A stretch of DNA of 64,000 nt from Amphiscolops sp. MND2022. Lineage: Eukaryota. The stretch spans positions 26,722,001 through 26,786,000 of the forward strand of contig OZ076420.1 in assembly GCA_964187785.1 (NCBI GenBank), read 5' to 3'. Below are positions 57,267 through 64,000 of this stretch, one piece after another. Under the pieces are notes generated by a model. The model had not been told where the DNA came from and made no database searches. It saw only the letters and a list, made by a program, of their open reading frames with translations. The first letter of the stretch is position 1. Each line of letters begins with the position of its first letter. The position numbers and the translations under genes are program-made.

Positions 57267-58673
57267 GTTTTTTGCTTGGGACGACGTCGTAGGTACGGGT
57301 TGTTCGTCAATCTTGTTTGTTGGGATAGTGAACTCACGTTTGCGTTTCCTGGGGTCATTTGCCGCATTGGCTCCGTCCCAGCAATTTTCGGTTTTGTGCA
57401 TTTTTCCACAAGTATCGCATTTGGGTTTAGCTGTATCTGTTGGTTTGGTGTCTGTGGTACTTGTTTTTGTGGCGTAGTACCTGTCTTTGCGGAGGCGACG
57501 GCATTGTGCCTTGTAATGTCCGTATTTCCCACAGTGGAAACAGTAACCTCTCTGCTGTTGTTCTTTCTTATCATCCGCCACTGCTGCGTCTACAGTGTTG
57601 AGGGGGACTAGGGTGGTTTCATCAGGCGCTCCTAGTCCGTTGAGTCGCATTTCGCGTTCAAGGTGTAAAACAATGTCATTATAGGGCTTATCTTCTAGGT
57701 AAGCTTTGTTAAGGATCTTTTTTACGTGATCCGGCATTTTAGCGTTAATGGCTTTGTCGATGAACTTCTGGGCTTCTGAGCCAAACGCTTTTTTTGCGGT
57801 TTTTTGTAACGCGTCAAGAAATTCGTGTAGTTTTTGTTTAGTGGGGTCGAAGTGTAGCGCATCCCACTCGCATCTCGCTTTAGCGGATGATTGGAAATCG
57901 CCAAAGCGACGTTTGAATGCCGTTATGACTTCTTCTAGGTTGTCTTTTTTAGTGTCGTCTAGGTTGCAATACGCTTGTAGTGCGTTTCCTCGTAGGAGTG
58001 AATGGAAGTAGTTGATTTTTTGTATCTCGGTTAAGTGAGGGTACATTTTGATATTATTTCGGAATAGGTCCTCAAAAAGTTCAAACTTTTCGGACTTACC
58101 ATCGAAGACTGGAAGCGAAGCGGTGAGTGCTTTCGGCATCGGAAGGAGATTGGTAGCTGGAAATGTTTGCGGTTGTGGCGCGAACAGGATCTTAGATGTT
58201 GAAGGACGGTCTTTTGTCTGTTCGTTGGGTGCGCGTTGTTGTTTCGGTCTTTTCGCGGGTTGGTTGGTAGAGTCATTGAGGACTCCTGTCACCATGTTAC
58301 GACTATTTACCGGTGTTGTTTTAGAGCTGGTCGCAGTGTGAATTTTGACGGGGGTAGACGTCCTTGCTACGGAGACATTCTCTGGTTCAGAGTCCGAGTC
58401 TTGAGCATTCATGTAGACAGTCTGTTTTTTGTTTAAAGGCGCTATCAGTTTTAACATTTCCTTCTGGTTTTCCGCAAGTAGTTTGGTGAGATCAGACATA
58501 ATCTCTTTTCTTAATGATGTTTTTATCTCAGCCAAGTTTTCTGGTTCTATCCTAGGGATCTTGCTAGAACTAGCTACAAGAGTTTCAGGCGGAAAGTTTT
58601 CGGTTATGGAGGTTTCAAAATCACCGGAGACTAGTTCTGCTACAGCCTTCCTTTTCTGACTTCTAGTTGTCAT
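57264..58673 (-). CDS. gag: Gag of element C (469 aa)
   Basis: LPVFDGKSEKF; CFHCGKYGHYKAQC and CDTCGKMHKTENC knuckles. Confidence 0.95.
   Translation of the reverse strand: MTTRSQKRKAVAELVSGDFETSITENFPPETLVASSSKIPRIEPENLAEIKTSLRKEIMSDLTKLLAENQKEMLKLIAPLNKKQTVYMNAQDSDSEPENVSVARTSTPVKIHTATSSKTTPVNSRNMVTGVLNDSTNQPAKRPKQQRAPNEQTKDRPSTSKILFAPQPQTFPATNLLPMPKALTASLPVFDGKSEKFELFEDLFRNNIKMYPHLTEIQKINYFHSLLRGNALQAYCNLDDTKKDNLEEVITAFKRRFGDFQSSAKARCEWDALHFDPTKQKLHEFLDALQKTAKKAFGSEAQKFIDKAINAKMPDHVKKILNKAYLEDKPYNDIVLHLEREMRLNGLGAPDETTLVPLNTVDAAVADDKKEQQQRGYCFHCGKYGHYKAQCRRLRKDRYYATKTSTTDTKPTDTAKPKCDTCGKMHKTENCWDGANAANDPRKRKREFTIPTNKIDEQPVPTTSSQAKN
57267..57273 (-). promoter_or_regulatory. -1 frameshift heptamer A-AAA-AAC (element C)
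   Basis: GCA AAA AAC TGA; downstream stem CGCCTTCGC/GCGAGGGCG. Confidence 0.78.
58280..58294 (-). promoter_or_regulatory. PBS TGGTGACAGGAGTCC (tRNA-Leu-like), inside gag
   Basis: Abuts the LTR end; encodes MVTGV. Confidence 0.82.
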
Positions 58674-60498
58674 TTTGCTTCAGAGGGAGAGAGAGAGTAT
58701 CTTTGGAAAGGTTAAATTCTTCAAAGATTCGTTTTCGTTATAATAACGGAACTGAACTGATTGTTATAAGTCAAGTTGGGAAAACTAACTGATTTACATG
58801 TATGTATTACATATTTATACCTTCCCAGCATCATTTGTTCCTCACCTAAAAATTCCTAGGTATCACAAAAATCGGGTTTGTTCAACAAAAAGCGCTAATG
58901 ATTCATATTATTTCAGTCCCGCGTCATAAAGTCAGGCATCAAAATTCCTAGTTACGTCAGCATTCCGTAAAATTTGTTGAAGTCATTTTTGTTCGGGCGG
59001 TTCATTTCCTGTTTGTGCTTCAAAATTGCGGTAAAATAGAAGTCTAGTTTTCATTTTCATCGACGCAAGCACGCCGGCGTGATCAATTAGTCAGATTCCT
59101 AACTTAGAAATTGAAATTCGAAGTAAAAGAATGACACTCAAAAAATATCAACGGAACTGTGACGGAATGTGAATATTTTATGGCCAAAGATACTTGAAAA
59201 CCAAAATGAGGAACAAGGTGATGCTGAGAAGTCTTTAGGAAACGAATAGCTTGTGTAAATGCAAATTGTTACGAACTTTACATGTATTGGGAACTCAAAA
59301 CAGAACATTTGATTTTAGCATCAAGTAAATGTCACGGAAACAGTCCGTTTATCAAGACTTGTTTAGCGACTAACACACTGAGTATTCAGGCTTAATGGTT
59401 TAATAAAGCGTATAAAAATACATCATAGCACTCAGAAACAGATTGAACAAAGGTAGAAAAAGACTAGGAGAGGTTATTGGGATGATTATCACTGCATCAT
59501 ATCAAAATTGGTACAAATTTCAAAACAACACGAACATTACGTTCATTTCATAATCCTATCTTACAGTACAACTATTCTTTACGTAAACTTAATCTTAGGA
59601 TTCCCTAAGGTGTATGAATTCAGAAAAGTTCTTACAAAAGATTCATTCATTACGAAGTTTCCTAGTTGCAATTTCTTAAGTTGCTCCGTAAATGCTCCGT
59701 ACGTGTTGTGGTTGCTTATGGTAGGGCGGTGGAATACAATTTTACAATCCGCCCCGTAAGTGCTCCGTACGTATTAAGATTGCTTATAGCTGAGCAGCAG
59801 TAGCAAGCGGATTGGAAACGGAGAGCGTAGGCGAATTCATTCTCTTCTCTTAACTAGCAAGAGTTGCTAGGGGCAACCAAGCTTAATTTTATTGGTACCG
59901 GCTCGGATAATTCTGCCAACAAGCGACGCTATTGGTCCGTAAATATAGTAACGCCCGTCACCAGCTTAGTTGAGTGACGCTGTCATAACGTTGTAAACAT
60001 TTACTTAAGATCACTTGACTGCGGTATTAAGTAGATATTTAGCAACTACTTTAATATTGGAATACATTTCCACTCTATTTTTGTATGTTTTTCCATTTTA
60101 GATCTCATGGGCTCCGTTGGGATCTCGGAGTTAAATGTTGTTTCTGTGTTTTCATTTTAGTGTGGAGCGCCAAAATGATCCCGTTTGCAAAACTATTTAG
60201 TATTTAGATTGGAATGGAAAACTCAGAAGATAAAACCGGAAATAAAACGGCGTTGCGTGTGAAAACATTAGGCCGGAAGTTTTAGCTAGTTTAAAATCAT
60301 TTCTGAAAATCTTCCGTAACGTTTACGTTGAATTCCGTATTTAGAGAATTATTCGCGCTTATTTAATTGTACTGTAAGTAGAATTTTGATTTGATTAGTT
60401 TAATAAAGTTTAAAAGTATTTACTGTGCCCTTGTCCTCTGCCGAATCCCGGTATTCCATAGCAGCAAGTAAAATTACGACCGGGAGCGGGTCGTGACA
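58295..60498 (-). repeat. 5' LTR of element C
   Basis: Followed by the PBS; contains the gag start codon at 58673. Confidence 0.96.
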
Positions 60499-60671
60499 AC
60501 ACCCGCTAGTTGTTTGTAAGCATAACAAACTGAAGAAATAAAACTTTTATACAATTTGAGTTTTTGTTGTAATGATTTTAGATACAAACTTACAATACTA
60601 TTTCAATGATTTTTAGTCAGTTCTTCGTTTTTACAACAATACAGCAACATTCACTATTTTAGTATACTCAC

Positions 60672-60798
60672 CAACATCGTTTTGCTTCGTACCATTAACC
60701 ACATTATCATCTGAATCGTTGTCGTCATCTCTGGCAACCAAAAGCGAAGTCTCTTTCAACTTGATCTTTTCACGACCATGTTTCTCCGCTGAATTCAT
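60672..60798 (-). CDS. BT1/folate-biopterin transporter, exon 1 (MNSAEKHGREK...QNDV)
   Basis: ATG at 60798; GTGAGT donor in phase 1 matching exon 2; removing Gypsy B leaves an intron of about 0.5 kb. Confidence 0.7.
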
Positions 60799-61619
60799 TC
60801 TGTGATTTCCTAAACGGTAGGTTACTTCAATGGATTAGAAATATTGAAACTTCTAGTCCAAAGATACTCAAGCATCTTTTCTTGGTTTAATAGAGTATCA
60901 AATAATTTTTAAAAAAACATGGATCTAAATTTGGGTGTTCAAAAGAACGTTTTTCAGAAGTACACGTACTTCGTTTCCTAGTCGACTAACTTCGCCAAAT
61001 TCTACTGCAGTTGCTATGGACATTGATATTTCAAGCAGCGATAACTTGCAAGATTCTTCCAATGTTTTGCAAGATTACCCGTTTCTGTATCGTCAACCAG
61101 CTTGGTCACGACAAATAAAAATTCCGAAATCAAAAATTCCATCAACACCTGATACGTACGGATGATTGTAAAGCCTAGTCTAGGCGTCCTAAATTTTTTC
61201 CCAATCTCGAGTGTGCCCCGGTTCGCTCAATCTTACATCTAGAAAAAATTTTCCCGCAACCATGGAAGTATATGTTAGGTCAAACTAGGGCAAACTGAGA
61301 AATTTTCCTACTTTTCAGTCCTGTCAAGACCGGATCGTCTCAAGTGATTTTCATCTTTGTCGAGTTTGACAACCCGGCGTCTCAAAGCAGATCTAGTCCG
61401 GCATCTAGGCATCTTCTGGCAAACTTCCTTTCTAAAATCACTTCCCCGAATCGTCTGGATCAAGTATCCAACACGTCCAAACATCAATTTATTCCCGATT
61501 TGTTTTCGGAGTTATACCGAAAGTAGCTCATGCTAATCAATAGTTAAGGCGACTCAAACGCAAACGGCCCTCCCAGTCCTTGAGGACTCAAATGAAACGA
61601 CATACACGATTTCGACATA

Positions 61620-62228
61620 CTAGACGCACCTAGCATCTGAATTCCGCTGAATGTCATCTATCAACTCTAACCCACTGGTGTAAGAACCATGGCCCATGGT
61701 ATCTCTTAAGTCACCTACAGATCTTGAATCTTTCTTTGCAATTTTTATTTTAGGCCCGGGTGCGCTTTCCCTGTTCTCCTGACTATTTCGGGACGAACTG
61801 GCCTCAATGTCCCTGTGTCCCATAGAGGACATCGAGTTCGCAATATTCTGGATTTCTGGAATAACTCTTTCAGCTATAGCTGTTGTTATAGCCCTATTTA
61901 TTTGGCTATGCATTATTGACACCATAGATTCCATTTCTTGAGACAATCTAAGATTAAACTCACTTGAAAAGGCCTCAAAAGATTGCCTGACTTCATTTTG
62001 CCTCAAAGGTTCATTTTCATGTAAGTAATCTCTAAACTCATTTTCATGGTACACGTTTGTATCATCGTCCCCGTGGGCCGACGACTGATCTATCGCTTCG
62101 GCTAGTTCTCTTTCAATGGGATTATTATTTTCATTTCCCAACATCACGTCTAGGTTATCGTAGTCGGACAGCATGTCCATTTCTCTAGATCTCCTAGCTT
62201 TGGCCTTTTGACGTCTAGTAGAAGGCAT
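61620..62228 (-). CDS. LTR-encoded gag N-terminus of element D reading out into the flank (202 aa)
   Basis: MPSTRRQKAK start; crosses the LTR end at 61679 and gains ~19 flank-derived codons. Confidence 0.65.
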   Translation of the reverse strand: MPSTRRQKAKARRSREMDMLSDYDNLDVMLGNENNNPIERELAEAIDQSSAHGDDDTNVYHENEFRDYLHENEPLRQNEVRQSFEAFSSEFNLRLSQEMESMVSIMHSQINRAITTAIAERVIPEIQNIANSMSSMGHRDIEASSSRNSQENRESAPGPKIKIAKKDSRSVGDLRDTMGHGSYTSGLELIDDIQRNSDARCV

Positions 62229-64000
62229 AAGAGATTATTGCAAGAGGCAAGAATTTAAATTAATATCTCGGGCTTGCAAAGTGAAAATGAACGGGTAGTT
62301 TTAATAAACAATTCGCAACAGTAACGCAACAGTAACGTATCAAAGTATCATTAGGATAATTCTGTCCCCGGGACCACCAGTCCCGGTTATATATATTTGA
62401 ATCTACATGACACTCAATAAAATGATGATCAACTTCTAAAAATAGCCATAAGGGCTTTCTAAATATAGCCAAACGCTATAAATAGTAACTAGCATCATCA
62501 TGACGTTATACACATCAAAGGGCCTTCCGACCGCTAGAGTAGGCGGGAAGCCTGTGAGTCCATAAAGACAAGCAACAATATAAAATAGAACACTGTACAT
62601 GTTTTTCAACGCAACGCTTATTGCATGAATTATATGAATTGCACCCACAATACATATCTAATATCGTTCATGAGTCCCTTAGGGGCTAATAGTACATTTC
62701 ATAAATAATCAAAACACTAGTGATCATGTAGTCAGTACCAATAATTATACAGCGCTTTTAATTCAAAAGTGGACTCAGTGTCCAATGTACTAGAGCGGAC
62801 TACCGCTTTGTTGACTGGCGGCATATAGCCATCCAGTCCTTTAATCTATCGATATAGTATAGCAGCAAATAAAGATAAATAATACTGCACTGTGATTGGC
62901 TGACGAGTTAATCGGACTCGCGGACCAAGGCGACAGGCGAGGAAACATTTGAACGCGTTTCCTTTACCTGTACGCCTTGGTGTCCAATTAACTCACATAC
63001 ATATTATTAGCGCCTGTACTATAATTTTACTTGTGATTACTTAGTATAAATCGTATAAAATAAAATATAAGATTTTACATGACTTTTAAGGCAACAAATA
63101 TAGTTTTGCTTGTAAGACTTAATTCAGTGGGAGGGTGTTGGGCTGCGCTTTCTTGTAGTTGTGACTAATTGAATAGAGATTTCCATCACAGGCGGACGCC
63201 TGGGACACTCCCCCTGGAATGAGCATAAAACATCCCACCTTCATTCCTTCTAGGAAGGCTAGCCTTCTTGCGTTGAATTGAAGGGCCGATTCTCCTTGGA
63301 TGGTTGTTTTATGAAGGTAGTCGATGACTGCCTCGTCTTGAATCTGTTCGACTGATTTTCCGCAGACGAGGCAGTCTGTACATCCTGAGATGTAGGGGTT
63401 ATCTGCGCCACTTGGTCCCCTGAAGTGTATTCCGTTGGCATGTTCTTGTTTGCTACTAGTAGTGGCTTCCGCTGCTATTCTCCAGTCGCCTGACGGATAT
63501 TTGTCGACGGCTGGGGGAGACATAGGCGTGTCGACCATAGGGATTAGCTGGCTACACAAATTGATTGGGTGGTCATTCCTTAGTCGCGGGTCTCTCGCAA
63601 TCGGCCCTCTGCCCATTCCCAAGTCAAAATAGCCAGCATCGAACATAGGCCCAGGGACGTACGCTAGTCTGGGAGTCGCTGCGCGTGTCACTTCCTGCTT
63701 ATTGGCAGAGGAAGGGATGGAAATTGCTTCTGATGTCGATGGAAGCTCCATCTGTCTCTCCACACATTGAGCCAGGAGGGCCATCTCATCGTCGTCAGAC
63801 AGGCTTTCTAGGTCGTCAACAGATGCGCTGCTGACACATTCCATGTCGTCGTCCGATGATATGTATATTATTCCGTCTCCGGGCGCTGCTCCCTGAAAGT
63901 CCTCGGGGTAATATTGAGGAGACTCACAGTCGAAGTGACTTGACAAGAATTTATCCATGATCAGTTTTTTAGCTATCTTGGACAATTGACTGAAAGGTTT
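61679..64000 (-). mobile_element. 3' end of long-LTR Gypsy element D (3' LTR 61679-63207, PPT 63208-63217); continues beyond the right edge
   Basis: PPT CAGGGGGAG followed by TGTCCCAGGCGTCCGCCTGTGATGG, homologous to the solo-LTR start TGTCGTAGGCTGCCGCCTGTGACGG; ends TCTTACA; 1529 bp vs 1511 bp. Confidence 0.8.
63119..63985 (-). CDS. Accessory ORF-X of element D (288 aa), spanning the PPT and U3
   Basis: IIYISSDDD, GMGRGP, CTDCLVCG; same position as ORF-X in element C. Confidence 0.72.
   Translation of the reverse strand: MSKIAKKLIMDKFLSSHFDCESPQYYPEDFQGAAPGDGIIYISSDDDMECVSSASVDDLESLSDDDEMALLAQCVERQMELPSTSEAISIPSSANKQEVTRAATPRLAYVPGPMFDAGYFDLGMGRGPIARDPRLRNDHPINLCSQLIPMVDTPMSPPAVDKYPSGDWRIAAEATTSSKQEHANGIHFRGPSGADNPYISGCTDCLVCGKSVEQIQDEAVIDYLHKTTIQGESALQFNARRLAFLEGMKVGCFMLIPGGVSQASACDGNLYSISHNYKKAQPNTLPLN

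Larger units (their letters stand above)
44293..60498 (-). mobile_element. Young full-length Ty3/Gypsy element C (16,206 bp) with an accessory gene cassette
   Basis: LTRs of 2136 and 2204 bp, ~99% identical; TGTTACGAC..GTCGTGACA termini; 5-bp TSD ACACC (44288-44292 and 60499-60503); PBS, PPT, gag-PR-RT-RH-IN. Confidence 0.97.
40412..60646 (+). mobile_element. Old decayed Ty3/Gypsy element B; its 3' LTR is split by element C
   Basis: 5' LTR 40412-40607 (TGTCA..AATACAACA, then TGG); PPT GGGGAGAAAGGAGAAAA; 3' LTR 44234-44292 plus 60504-60646; TSD ACGTT/ACATT; decayed gag, RT and IN remnants. Confidence 0.8.

Noticed and set aside
63071-63079. Alternative right end of LTR D at GATTTTACA
   Set aside because: No PPT or TSD there; 63207 has a PPT and matches the solo-LTR start.

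Overview
Repeat-rich eukaryotic (very probably animal) genomic DNA. One host gene, a minus-strand 8-exon BT1/folate-biopterin (MFS) transporter (60798->14377, 556 aa, all exon phases consistent), spans most of the window. Its introns 1 and 3 are each about 20 kb and consist almost entirely of nested mobile elements. Intron 3 holds a decayed Ty3/Gypsy element (18720-38134). A 13.9-kb Polinton/Maverick has inserted into the gag of that element (19011-32926; 263-bp TIRs, 6-bp TSD AATGTA). The Polinton carries pPolB, integrase, packaging ATPase, minor capsid, a deleted major-capsid/protease fusion, a MAM-headed fibre-like protein and HNH genes, all on one strand. Intron 1 holds an old Gypsy (40412-60646) whose 3' LTR was hit by a young 16.2-kb Gypsy (44293-60498; 2.1-2.2-kb LTRs, TSD ACACC). 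Related long-LTR elements occur at 1-5051, 12680-14190 (solo LTR) and 61679-64000. The most unusual signals are four. (i) The young Gypsy carries a two-gene accessory cassette between integrase and the PPT: a spliced antisense gene resembling a catalytically dead hAT transposase, and a nef-like ORF with SIM, NLS and RG motifs that runs through the PPT into U3. (ii) gag starts inside the LTR, so the PBS is translated. (iii) Two host introns appear to use GA and GG 5' splice sites. (iv) TAAAT(G) precedes all 17 Polinton starts checked. A small three-finger/Ly6-like gene lies at 6472-8283. All family assignments are by eye from motifs; no database search was run.
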